From NCBI GenBank assembly GCA_038230375.1, contig JBBRNJ010000083.1, positions 1 to 37,886 on the forward strand: 37,886 bases of DNA. Direction: 5' to 3'. The position numbers and the translations under genes were made by a program. Positions 26,609 to 35,599 of the stretch are shown here, piece after piece (the stretch's first letter is position 1; each line of letters starts with the position of its first letter). The notes under the pieces were generated by a model, which was not told the origin of the DNA, searched no databases, and saw nothing but the letters and a program-made list of their open reading frames with translations. The stretch comes from Polyangiales bacterium (GTDB taxonomy: Bacteria > Myxococcota_A > Polyangia > Polyangiales > Polyangiaceae).

Positions 26609-27457
26609 GTGCACCCGGCCAAGAACCTCCTCGTTCATCTGCGGCTCCCGTTCCAGCTGGTGCTCGCGCCGTTCATGCTCTTCGGCGCTGCGCTCTCGCA
26701 CGGCACGTTGCGCGCGCCGACGTTTGCGCTCGCGTTCGTCATCCTTCACGTGTGCATCTACGGCGGCACCACCGCGTACAACTCGCACTACGACAAGGAC
26801 GAAGGTCCCATCGGCGGAATGGAGCACCCACCCAAGGCGGGCCCGTGGCTCTTGCCAGGCGGGATCGCGATCCAGATCGTTGGCCTTGCGCTCGCGCCTC
26901 TTGTGTCGTGGGGCTTCTTCGCGACGTGCCTTGCGTTCGCGGTCCTGGGCGTCCTCTATTCGCGTCCGGTGCCGCGCCTGAAGGGGCGCCCGTGGCCCAG
27001 CCTGTTCACGGTGATGGTGGGGCAAGGCATGCTTGGTGAGATCGCCGGCGCATGTGCGGTCACCGCACCGGCGTTTCGTGCAGAGCTCCTGCTTGGCGTG
27101 CTGGGCGCGGCGTTGCTCGTGGGCGGCTTGTATCCCATCTCGCAGGTGTTCCAGATGGAGGAGGATCGCGCGCGTGGAGATCGCACGCTCGCGTTGCTGC
27201 TGGGCCATCGCGGCACGGTGATCCTTGCGTCCGCGCTCTTCTGCCTTGGCGCGGGGAGCCTCGCGTTGTCGGCGTGGGCCGCGGGCCGCCGCGCGGATGC
27301 GCTGGGTTTTGCGCTCGCGCCAGTCCCCATGATCGCGCTTGCACGCTGGGCCTGTGCGCCCGCAGGAAATGGCTTTCGGCGCGTCACCCTCCTGCAGGTG
27401 GGCGCGGGCGTGGGGTTCGGACTCTATGCGGCGCTTCGCCTGACGCAAGGCGGCTGA
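26609..27457 (+). CDS. UbiA-family prenyltransferase
   Basis: NSHYDKDEG, YSRPVPRLK, EEDRARGDRTL; multiple TM helices. Confidence 0.9.
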   Translation: MHPAKNLLVHLRLPFQLVLAPFMLFGAALSHGTLRAPTFALAFVILHVCIYGGTTAYNSHYDKDEGPIGGMEHPPKAGPWLLPGGIAIQIVGLALAPLVSWGFFATCLAFAVLGVLYSRPVPRLKGRPWPSLFTVMVGQGMLGEIAGACAVTAPAFRAELLLGVLGAALLVGGLYPISQVFQMEEDRARGDRTLALLLGHRGTVILASALFCLGAGSLALSAWAAGRRADALGFALAPVPMIALARWACAPAGNGFRRVTLLQVGAGVGFGLYAALRLTQGG

Positions 27458-27478
27458 GCGGAGCGCGTTCTTCGCGTG

Positions 27479-28102
27479 CTACCGGGCGCCGGGGATCGAC
27501 TGCACGCGCGGGTCGCTGTATCCGTGCTCTGCGATCTCCTTGGCGCGCGCGCGGAAGGCCTCGGCCGTGGGCGGTGTCTTTGCGCGAAACCCGTCGACCA
27601 TGCGGTTATACATGCAGAAGGCAGATGCGATCAGCACCGTGAGCTGGGTGTCGCCGTCCGTCGCACCCGAAGCCAGCGCGCCCTCGACGTCAGCGCGCGT
27701 GACGTCGCGTGATCGTCGCTGCACGGTGCGAGCAATGCCGAGCAGCGCGGTCATCTTCGGGCTGAACGCGTCCAGGCGTCCGGTCTTGGCGGCGACAATC
27801 TGCGCCTCTGGATCGCCGGCGTTCTCGCGCGACAGCAGCTCCGCCGCGAACGCCCCGTGCGAGTCCATGCAGTAGAAGCAGTCGTTCTGTGCGCTGACCA
27901 ACGTCGCGATGAGCTCGCGCTCGGCCCGGGTCAGCGTTGAACCAGGGAAGTCCTTCACCAGGAGCTCGTCGGCGAGACCGCGCAGATGCGTCGCAAGGCC
28001 GGGCGACAGCCGCATGGCCGCGATGATGCCGGGCACATCCGGTAGACCAGACACCACGGGGTCTTCCAGTGCGCGTGCCTTGCGTTCGTCGTCTCGTGCC
28101 AT
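27479..28102 (-). CDS. AhpD/carboxymuconolactone decarboxylase-family peroxidase-related protein
   Basis: ERELIA...NDCFYCMDSH; FCMYNR. Confidence 0.9.
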   Translation of the reverse strand: MARDDERKARALEDPVVSGLPDVPGIIAAMRLSPGLATHLRGLADELLVKDFPGSTLTRAERELIATLVSAQNDCFYCMDSHGAFAAELLSRENAGDPEAQIVAAKTGRLDAFSPKMTALLGIARTVQRRSRDVTRADVEGALASGATDGDTQLTVLIASAFCMYNRMVDGFRAKTPPTAEAFRARAKEIAEHGYSDPRVQSIPGAR

Positions 28103-28136
28103 GGCGGTCTCCTCTCGTTCCAGAAGATTGGGGTTG

Positions 28137-29099
28137 CTACTGCTGCTGCTGGGTGGAGAAGCGCTTGCGGAGCTCGTCCACCGTCTTTGCCCCGACCTTG
28201 GCGAGCGCGCGAGAGCTCAGGACGCGCACGGTGGAGTGGGCAATGCCTAGTTCGTACGCCACGATCTTCGGTGTCCGCCCGAGGAGCAGCAGGCTCAACA
28301 CCTGGCCCTCGCGCTGCGACAGTGACTCCGGCAACGCAAATGCCGGTGCTGGGTTGCGCTTCGCGACGACCCATTCGCCCGTGCCGTCGTCGACCTGGGC
28401 AACGACAGACCAGGTCGCGTCCACCCGACTGGTGAGCTGCTCGAACGCTGAAGCCTCTTCCGTGCGCGCGCTGCGCAGACCATCAAGCGCGCGGACGACG
28501 TTCTTCAGATCGTCAAGCACGCCAGCGGCTTCTATCTCTTCGCTAGCTTGCATGACGTCGCCGTTGGCGCCAAAGACGGCGGCGTCGGCGGACGGCGGGT
28601 CCTGGCGCAAGCGATAGGCGCCAAGCACATGGGCCGAGATCTGCGAGAACGTCGCGCTCTGGCGCACGCCTGGGTGGGCGGTGCTGGCAAGGTTCACTGC
28701 GACCATCGCGCCGACGCCGCTCGAATCCATGGCAAGAATCGTGAGCAGATCACGCGCACCGAACGCGTCGAGCCACGCGCGGATTCCGGGCTGCACCAGA
28801 CCGTCGCCCTCGGTCGCGAGTGAAGCTCCGAGATGGATCGACTCTGCTACGTAGGTCGGGTCGAGCGCCGAGAGCGTTTCGTCGAGCAGTCGATCGAGGC
28901 CCTTCATGGGACGTGACGACGCCTGGTCGATGACGCGCGGCCTGTTCACATCCGTGGCGTCGACCAGCGCGGCGACGGTGCCGCAGCCTTGACCGAGCGC
29001 GTGCTCCGCCGCGCATCCGAGCCCAAGGAGCCACTGGGCCCGAGGAATGGACAGTCGGTATGCCGCCTCTACGATTCCGCGCAGACCGCCTTGCTCCAC
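28137..29099 (-). CDS. LuxR-family HTH transcriptional regulator
   Basis: C-terminal LSQREGQVL...G...KIVAYELGIAHSTVR. Confidence 0.88.
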   Translation of the reverse strand: MEQGGLRGIVEAAYRLSIPRAQWLLGLGCAAEHALGQGCGTVAALVDATDVNRPRVIDQASSRPMKGLDRLLDETLSALDPTYVAESIHLGASLATEGDGLVQPGIRAWLDAFGARDLLTILAMDSSGVGAMVAVNLASTAHPGVRQSATFSQISAHVLGAYRLRQDPPSADAAVFGANGDVMQASEEIEAAGVLDDLKNVVRALDGLRSARTEEASAFEQLTSRVDATWSVVAQVDDGTGEWVVAKRNPAPAFALPESLSQREGQVLSLLLLGRTPKIVAYELGIAHSTVRVLSSRALAKVGAKTVDELRKRFSTQQQQ

Positions 29100-29112
29100 A
29101 AGCTGGACGCTA

Positions 29113-30486
29113 TCACTGAAATGACGCAGTGAAAGCAGGCAAGGACGCCGGCGTCTTCGCGTGGAAGCGCGGGATGGTCACGGCGCCAAGGACGGTTCCG
29201 GCGGTGGTCGCTTGCGGAACCAGGTACACGTACTCGCCGTCGAAGACGATACCGGAGTACGAGGCGACGTTGCCCGTCACCTTGGAGATCGCAAATGCCT
29301 GCCACGATCCCTTCTGCGCGAACGGCATGGTGGTGTCGTAGCGAACGATGACGCCGACGTTGTTGTACGAGGGATAGTAGACGTAGCGCCCGTCGAACGT
29401 GCCGCCATGCAGGTTGACGGCGGTGGCGTCGACCTGTGCAACGTCGAACGTCTCCCAGGAGCCGTTCTGCGCGAAGGGCTTGGTGGTATCGTAGCGCGCC
29501 GTCACACTTGCGGGAGTGCCGTTGCTGAACGGTGGCAGATAGATGTACCGACCATCGAAGATGGCGCCGAACACGGACTTCACCACCGGCGCGACGCCGC
29601 TCACGTCAAAGACGTCCCAGGACGAGTCCACGGTGAAGGAGCTCTTGGTGTCGAAGCGCGTGACCTTGGCGTCGTTGGCGCTCCCGAAGTAGAGGTAGCG
29701 CTTGTCGAACGCAGGTGCGGTGAAGTACCCGACGCCCGCGTCGCGCGCAGAGATGTTGTAGCTGCTCCACGCGCCGGCATCCTGGAATGCAGCCGCTTGC
29801 GTCGTGTCGTAGCGGACCACCTTGGCTGCGTTCACGTCGTACGGCGCACCATAGAAGTACTGGCCGTCGAAGGCCTGCCCGTCAAGAGCGCCCGCATACA
29901 GCGAGGAGACGGGGAACACCTTCCATGCGCCCGTGTCCACGAACGACTGCGCGGTGTCGAAGCGAAGGACCTTGCCGGTCGTGTACGGCATGAGGAACAC
30001 GTTCGCGCCGTCGAAGATGCCGCCGCCGTAGCCGCCTGCAGGGTCCACCGCGTTTGCATCGAAGGTGGTCCACGAAGCCTTCGTCTTGAACGGCGCTGTG
30101 ATGTCGTAGCGGAAGACGACGCCGTTGCCGTAGCCGCCAGGCGCGGGAATGAAGATGACCGATTTGCCCGCGAGCACAGCGCCGCCGAAGCCGTGGGTGG
30201 TTGCACCGAAGGCCGCAGAATCCGAGAGATCGTAGGAGGACCAGTTGTTGACGTCGGTGACATCGAAGTAGGTCGAAGGTGTTCCGCTGTCGGGTGAGTT
30301 GGCGCCTGCATCGGTCGCGATGAACGCGTCCGCTGCGGCGCCGGCGTCGGCGGAGGAAGCGTCAGCGCCCGGTGCTGCGTCGCCGGTACTGGTGTCGGTC
30401 CCCGTGCTGTCGCCGACACACGCCACGAAGCCAACGAGAAGGGAACCAGCAAGGCCAAGGAACACCCGGAGCGTGACGGACTTCAT
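29113..30486 (-). CDS. Lipoprotein with seven FDGxY(V/I)Y repeats (probable beta-propeller)
   Basis: Lipobox FVAC; ~50-aa repeats GxFDGRYxYxxP...RYDT...F...SW..FD. Confidence 0.8.
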   Translation of the reverse strand: MKSVTLRVFLGLAGSLLVGFVACVGDSTGTDTSTGDAAPGADASSADAGAAADAFIATDAGANSPDSGTPSTYFDVTDVNNWSSYDLSDSAAFGATTHGFGGAVLAGKSVIFIPAPGGYGNGVVFRYDITAPFKTKASWTTFDANAVDPAGGYGGGIFDGANVFLMPYTTGKVLRFDTAQSFVDTGAWKVFPVSSLYAGALDGQAFDGQYFYGAPYDVNAAKVVRYDTTQAAAFQDAGAWSSYNISARDAGVGYFTAPAFDKRYLYFGSANDAKVTRFDTKSSFTVDSSWDVFDVSGVAPVVKSVFGAIFDGRYIYLPPFSNGTPASVTARYDTTKPFAQNGSWETFDVAQVDATAVNLHGGTFDGRYVYYPSYNNVGVIVRYDTTMPFAQKGSWQAFAISKVTGNVASYSGIVFDGEYVYLVPQATTAGTVLGAVTIPRFHAKTPASLPAFTASFQ

Positions 30487-30557
30487 GGCCCAATGCTCGC
30501 CACTCGCACGCATCAACGGCAACGAGCAAAGTGTTTACGCGCCGCTTACGTCGAGCC

Positions 30558-31118
30558 CTACCACACGAACGGAACGAGGCGCTTCACCCGACGCGTGTAA
30601 TCTGCATACGTCGCGCCAAAGTGCTCGGACATGAACTTCTCCTCGATGCGCATCTTGAAGAGGAAGGCGCCAAGCGCGAACGGAAGAGCTAGCAGGACAC
30701 GCGGCGTCCCGACGGAGAGCGCGGTGCCCGTGAGGGCCGTGAGCGCCCCGGTGTAGATCGGGTGACGTGAGAGCGCATACGGCCCTTTCTGCACCAGCTC
30801 ATGGTCCTTCTTGATGGTGACGGTGCCGCTCCAGTTCTTGCCAAGCGTGTAGCGCGCCCAGAACGCGAACCCGATGCCCATCGCGGTGAGCGCGACGGCG
30901 AGCGCGCCGCCCACGTCACCATCCGTGTAGTGCACATCCAATGCGGAAACACGCAGCACGCCTGGCTGGAGGATCACGCCAGCGCATCCGGCGATCAGTC
31001 CGTAGCGAAGGCGTGAGAACGGCGACTCCTTCTTCACGGTCTTGCGCGCGAAGAACGCGGACACAACCCACACGGTCACGAACAGACCCCACAGACCGAA
31101 GACACAGTAGAACCGCAT
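30558..31118 (-). CDS. Isoprenylcysteine carboxyl methyltransferase (ICMT/PEMT-like) family protein
   Basis: LGKNWS...HELVQKGPY..SRHPIY...EEKFM...FG..Y..Y...V. Confidence 0.92.
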   Translation of the reverse strand: MRFYCVFGLWGLFVTVWVVSAFFARKTVKKESPFSRLRYGLIAGCAGVILQPGVLRVSALDVHYTDGDVGGALAVALTAMGIGFAFWARYTLGKNWSGTVTIKKDHELVQKGPYALSRHPIYTGALTALTGTALSVGTPRVLLALPFALGAFLFKMRIEEKFMSEHFGATYADYTRRVKRLVPFVW

Positions 31119-31191
31119 GCGCCGTGGAGCCTACCACCGCTCATGGGCCGCGCCCGGGTGTGGGGTCGAGCCTCTCTGCTACGGTAGCACC

Positions 31192-32255
31192 GTGCAGACG
31201 TCGAACTCCCGTCGTCATATTCGATCGGTCATCCACGTAGTCCTGCTGATCGTCGGCTTCGTGGTGGCGCTTGCCGCCTGCCTCGCGACCTTCTTCTGCG
31301 GCGCTGCGTTGACGACCTCGATTGTCGTCTTGAGCGTTGCCGCAGTGATGGTCTGTTTCGCCGTGTCGTTCGCGTTCGGGCGCATCAGGCGGGCGCGAAC
31401 TCCAGCGCTCGTTGTGGCCGCGGTCACGACCATCGTCATTTCCGGCCTCTCCGGGGTGCTGCTCTTCCACCGCCCGGCGTTCACCGTCCAGCCGCCTGAC
31501 GTGCGTGCGACGTCGTTCGAGAAGTACAAGCTCAGCACCGGCTCCAACATCGCGGTCGCGCGGTTCGGCGTGCCGGCAGCAGACCAGGCCCCGATCGTCT
31601 CTCGCTGGTCGGGCAATCGTGGGGTGGTCGGCTTGCCGTCGAATATCTCGCGGCCCATCCGCAGAATGTCGAGCGCGTTGCCTTGGTCTCACCAGGCCCG
31701 CTCCACGTTGGTGGCGGGCCCGAGTTCAACATCGCCCGAACGGCGGCGCGCTCTGGCGACGGCTCGCTCCCCTTTCCACCTTTCTTCATGGCGACCGCCG
31801 CGTTGCAGCGCATCAACCCCGACGCGGCATTGGCATTCGCGAGCCGTGAGGAGATGGACGCGACCATGGGCACCGCCGCGCGTGCGTTCACGGCCCGTTC
31901 GTACTGTGCTCGCGAGCAACCGAAGACGCCGCCGAAGCTGCCCATGGCAGGGTTCGACGCGTTTCAGTTCTTCGCCGTGAAGAAGGAGATCAGTCGCGTG
32001 GGCGCGCCGCCGGTGACCAAGCCGACACCACCGATGCTCGTCATGCGCGCCGAATGCGACTTCGTGCCGTGGGCCGTCACCCGAGACTATCGAGACACGT
32101 TCGGTGCGCCGATGGTGGTCATCAACGGCGCGGGGCATTCGCTGTGGCCGATTCGCGCGAGCCTGACGGTCGACGTGCTCACAGCGTTCTTCAAGGCCGA
32201 GCCCCTGCCGCTCCCGAACTACACCGACATCGACGAGCCGCCCAGCGCGGAGTGA
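31192..32255 (+). pseudogene. Membrane-anchored alpha/beta hydrolase (proline-iminopeptidase-like) with internal deletion and frameshift
   Basis: One frame gives 3 TM helices to ...DQAPIV; a different frame from ~31593 gives DRLSLVGQSWGG...AECD...GAGH; oxyanion segment missing. Confidence 0.75.
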
Positions 32256-32283
32256 CGCGTCCGTGTTCGGTGACGGCTACCAC

Positions 32284-33414
32284 TCACCGCTGGATCTGCG
32301 TCTCGCGTAGCTGCGTTTGGTCGCGCTTCAGCCGCTCGACGAGGCGGGTGGGATCGCCGATGCTCGTTCGCATGCGCACCACGCTGAGCGCGTCGTTCGG
32401 CAGCTGGGCGATCAGCTGCTCCAGGATGTCGAGGTTCGGCTTGAACTGGCTGTTCGCGCCGATCTCGATCTCGAGGATCGAGTAGGCACCCCCGTCATCG
32501 CGAGACAGGCAGAGCTCGAAGCCCCATTGCGCGAGGCGCATGGTGGCGGGCGCGACAGAGGCTGTCGCGAGCTCGCGGTGCCACTCCCCGAACCACTGGT
32601 GCGGTGCGCCGCTGAGATCGTCGAGGTCGATGACGAGCACGTCGAGCTGTTTCGTGAGCGGAGACCCGAAGAGCCAGCGATACGTCGACGGCGGCCCGTT
32701 CAAGGCGAGCCTCAGGTATCGCAGGTGCGGGACGTGGCGTGCGCCTCCGAGGGCGCGCGTGGTCTCCTCCGTCAGGGGCTCGGACGTCTCGCGGTAGATC
32801 CGGAGCGCCACGAGCGCTCGGTCCGGAGGGCGTTCGAACATGGACGCAGCCTCGGCAGGCGAGAGCACGTCCAGGGCGTCCGACGGAGACATCCTGATCG
32901 TTTCGTCGCGCGTCGTACGAGGCAGAAGATCGGGCGGCGCGTTCAGCAGCGAGGCCACCGTTTCCAGCGGGACCCCGATCGTGAGCAAGGAGCGCATCAC
33001 CGGATGCAAGACGACCGCCGCCGGCAGCGCGCGAAATCCGCTCCGCGCAAGGATGCGCACTGTCGACCATTCTGGAGCGCCGACGGCGGCGTCCGCGTCC
33101 CTGCTCTTCCTGGAGTGGAACGCGGCGGCAACCAGGAACCCTCTCTCGAAGACGAGCCAGTCGCGCACGGTCACGGCGGCGAGCTTTCCGATCCAGTTCT
33201 TCGCGTGCTTCCGGATGAGCGCGGCTTCCCGGAGTGCGAGCTTCGCGTCGACCACGCCGCCGTCGCGCTCCACGCGTGCGCGCGCGAGTTGCAGCGAGAT
33301 GAGCTCCCCGCGCGGGTCGCCGGCTTCGAGGAGCGCGGTCGCAAGGGTGAGGCGCCTCTCGTCGCTCTGCGGGTCCTCGTGCACGGCCCTGAAGAGAGCC
33401 TCCGTCCCGTCCAT
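32284..33414 (-). CDS. TIGR02996-type domain protein
   Basis: LFRAVHEDPQSDERRL...GDPRGELISLQL...FERGF. Confidence 0.85.
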   Translation of the reverse strand: MDGTEALFRAVHEDPQSDERRLTLATALLEAGDPRGELISLQLARARVERDGGVVDAKLALREAALIRKHAKNWIGKLAAVTVRDWLVFERGFLVAAAFHSRKSRDADAAVGAPEWSTVRILARSGFRALPAAVVLHPVMRSLLTIGVPLETVASLLNAPPDLLPRTTRDETIRMSPSDALDVLSPAEAASMFERPPDRALVALRIYRETSEPLTEETTRALGGARHVPHLRYLRLALNGPPSTYRWLFGSPLTKQLDVLVIDLDDLSGAPHQWFGEWHRELATASVAPATMRLAQWGFELCLSRDDGGAYSILEIEIGANSQFKPNLDILEQLIAQLPNDALSVVRMRTSIGDPTRLVERLKRDQTQLRETQIQR

Positions 33415-33493
33415 CCGAGAATCCTACCAGATCACGATCGCCACCGAAAATCTGTCCGGGCCAGCGCGCGCGGGGAAGCGGTATGATCGGGCT

Positions 33494-33877
33494 GTGAGGA
33501 TCTCGCTCCGCCCAACGACACTGGTATGGCTCGCGCTTCTCGCCGTGACCGGGTGCGGTGAGAAGGCGCTCTCTCCGCTCTATTGCGAGGGGGGCGTGGA
33601 CTACAAAGGTGGCGGTATGGGCGGCGCTTGCCTCTCCGTCCCTCCTGGCACATCCGGCACGGATCCGCGGAGCGGTGCCACCAGCCACTGGCAGACAGAC
33701 CACGTCGCGGAGCGCTACGGCGTGCGGCGCATCGCCAAGAACAGGTACGAGCTGCTCTTGAACGGCACGCCAGTCGGAACGCTCGACCGCGATGACAACT
33801 GGATCAAGGTGAAGTTCACCAGCGATCCGACGAAGACGTACTCGCTCCGCGACGACCCGCCGGGATTCTTGAACTGA
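33494..33877 (+). CDS. Small hypothetical lipoprotein
   Basis: MRISLRPTTLVWLALLAVTGC lipobox. Confidence 0.7.
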   Translation: MRISLRPTTLVWLALLAVTGCGEKALSPLYCEGGVDYKGGGMGGACLSVPPGTSGTDPRSGATSHWQTDHVAERYGVRRIAKNRYELLLNGTPVGTLDRDDNWIKVKFTSDPTKTYSLRDDPPGFLN

Positions 33878-33941
33878 CGATCGTTGCTTGCATCCCGCAT
33901 GCAAGCGGCGATCAGTCGCGTCGTGCCCTTCTTGATCGTGA

Positions 33942-34040
33942 AGCCCGGCCACGCTGATCTACACGCGCACGCTCGGCGGCGGCACGACGGACACGGGCGA
34001 CGCGGGCGCGCCGCTGATGATCGCGCCGCTCGGTCCGTGA
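33942..34040 (+). pseudogene. Possible 3' remnant of a secreted-protein gene
   Basis: Startless, GC3-rich frame ATLIYTRTLGGGTTDTGDAGAPLMIAPLGP-stop. Confidence 0.3.
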
Positions 34041-34041
34041 G

Positions 34042-34075
34042 CCGTTTGAAACGAAACGTTCAAATTTTGAAACGG
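34042..34075. promoter_or_regulatory. AT-rich nested inverted repeat, operator-like
   Basis: CCGTTTGAAACGAAACGTTCAAATTTTGAAACGG: TTTGAA-N8-TTCAAA plus TTCAAA-T-TTTGAA. Confidence 0.55.
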
Positions 34076-34134
34076 ACTTTCATCGCGCGTCGTCGGCATC
34101 GATCCGTGGGTCAGCGGGGTGATAGTCTCCGCTG

Positions 34135-34467
34135 GTGCAGCGGCGATGTCTTCGCATTCGCGTGAACCCCGTGGACGCGTCGTCTGCCGTCGCGTTCGAG
34201 CTCGAGGTCGTTGATGGCGAGAGCATCGCGGAGCTGAAGGCGCGGCTCAGCGCGCGCGTCGGCCCACATCAGGCCTTCTTCGTGGTTCGCATGGGCGAGC
34301 GCCCGCTCGCGCTCGTGGAGCTGGTCGGTGCGCTGGTGGCGGAGGATGGCGTGATGCTCGACGTGGCGTGGAACACGTGCAGCCACAGCGCGCCGATGCA
34401 TCCGACCACAGGCGAGTCACCATGCTTCTGGGACGGCGGCCCAGCCGCGGGTGCCGTGGAGTACTGA
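34135..34467 (+). CDS. Small protein with ubiquitin-like (beta-grasp) pattern
   Basis: LEVVDGESIAELKARLSARVG aligns by eye with ubiquitin [21 protein letters not shown]; extended -10 TG-A-TAGTCT 6 nt upstream. Confidence 0.55.
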   Translation: MQRRCLRIRVNPVDASSAVAFELEVVDGESIAELKARLSARVGPHQAFFVVRMGERPLALVELVGALVAEDGVMLDVAWNTCSHSAPMHPTTGESPCFWDGGPAAGAVEY

Positions 34468-34620
34468 TTGACGACCCGTTCGCGATCAGCACGTCGCGAG
34501 CCGCACAGGATGTTCAGCAGCCCGTCGCGCTAGAGCAGCCTCCCCCTGTGGCGCCGCCCGTGTCGACGAGCCGCCGAGCGCGGAGTGACTCCTACGCAGG
34601 CCAACGCTAGGATGAATGCC

Positions 34621-35121
34621 ATGCGTTGGCCCCTCGCGCTTGCTGGCCTGGTGGCGATCGCCCCAGCGCTCGGATGCTTCCACGTCGATCCGATCCAGGA
34701 GGCATCCCGACCCTTCAAGGAGGCCGACCGTGCGCGCGAGGCCGGGCGCTGGGCTGGGACCTATCGCTTCTCGGAGTGCGCGTCGGGCGGCGCACCGTGC
34801 TTCACCTACGAAGTGACCGTCACGGCCGACGGCAACGCAATGGTCACGGTCGACGCCGCGGACAAGCCGCCCCAGCTCAAGGCCAAGCCACGCGTCCACA
34901 ACGACGCGCTCGATCTCAGCTTCGAGTCCTACGCGGACGAGAGCGTGGACATCGGCGATGTGGGCTTCAAGGTGCTCGATCCGCTCCGCGGTCGCTTCTC
35001 ACCCGGCCAGCCGCTCGCAACGATCACGCGCGACGCGGGCGGTCGTCCCTGTCTGAACTTCGCGAGCCTCGAGTCCAGACTAGGAACAAAGACCCTCTGC
35101 GTGCCCGAGAGCCGGCCTTGA
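34621..35121 (+). CDS. Hypothetical lipoprotein
   Basis: Lipobox ALGC; WAGTY motif; start 34612 or 34621. Confidence 0.72.
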   Translation: MRWPLALAGLVAIAPALGCFHVDPIQEASRPFKEADRAREAGRWAGTYRFSECASGGAPCFTYEVTVTADGNAMVTVDAADKPPQLKAKPRVHNDALDLSFESYADESVDIGDVGFKVLDPLRGRFSPGQPLATITRDAGGRPCLNFASLESRLGTKTLCVPESRP

Positions 35122-35139
35122 ATTCACGGTGAAACACGA

Positions 35140-35345
35140 AGGCCCCGGTTCCTGCCCTGTGACGGTCAGGTTCTGCATTGCCTGAATGTTGATCGAGCGC
35201 CCAACGTAGACCGCGACCTTCGTGCCGTCACCGAGAGATCAAATCCGGCAAGGTTCACGTTGGAGGGCGTGAAGCCGAGGGCACCCGCGCCTGACGCAGC
35301 GTCCGTGAGCGAGCCGCTGTCGGTACTTTCGGTCGTCGCCATGGG
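35140..35345 (-). pseudogene. Decayed fragment of a secreted/lipoprotein gene
   Basis: ...DAASGAGALGFTPSNVNLAGFDLS, then frame switch near 35230 to DGTKVAVYVGRSINIQAMQNLTVTG. Confidence 0.4.
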
Positions 35346-35599
35346 CTCGTTCGATGACACAGGTCGACCTCCGCCGTGGAGCAGTTCGGGCGCGGTGTCG
35401 CCTGCCAGGGACATCCGCCTCTCGTCGCCCCTGGGTAGTCGAACCAGGGTCGGGCGTCGGACCTGCGCGCTCTCGCTGTGCTCCGCGGGTGCTGCGGCCC
35501 GCTGCAACGTGAAAGTCCGTCCCTGGTGGACGACATCGCGCTGACGTGGCGCCATCGGCTTCGCATGCGACGTGCAGAGTAGGCGGTGGAGGAACGCCG

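Noticed and set aside
20308..31118. Squalene synthase, UbiA, SnoaL, SRPBCC and ICMT as one terpenoid gene cluster
   Set aside because: Spread over 11 kb on both strands, interrupted by unrelated genes, several with their own -10 boxes
31117..31980. 287-aa ORF as an intact gene
   Set aside because: Sequence after ~31600 is out of frame; the hydrolase motifs continue in another frame
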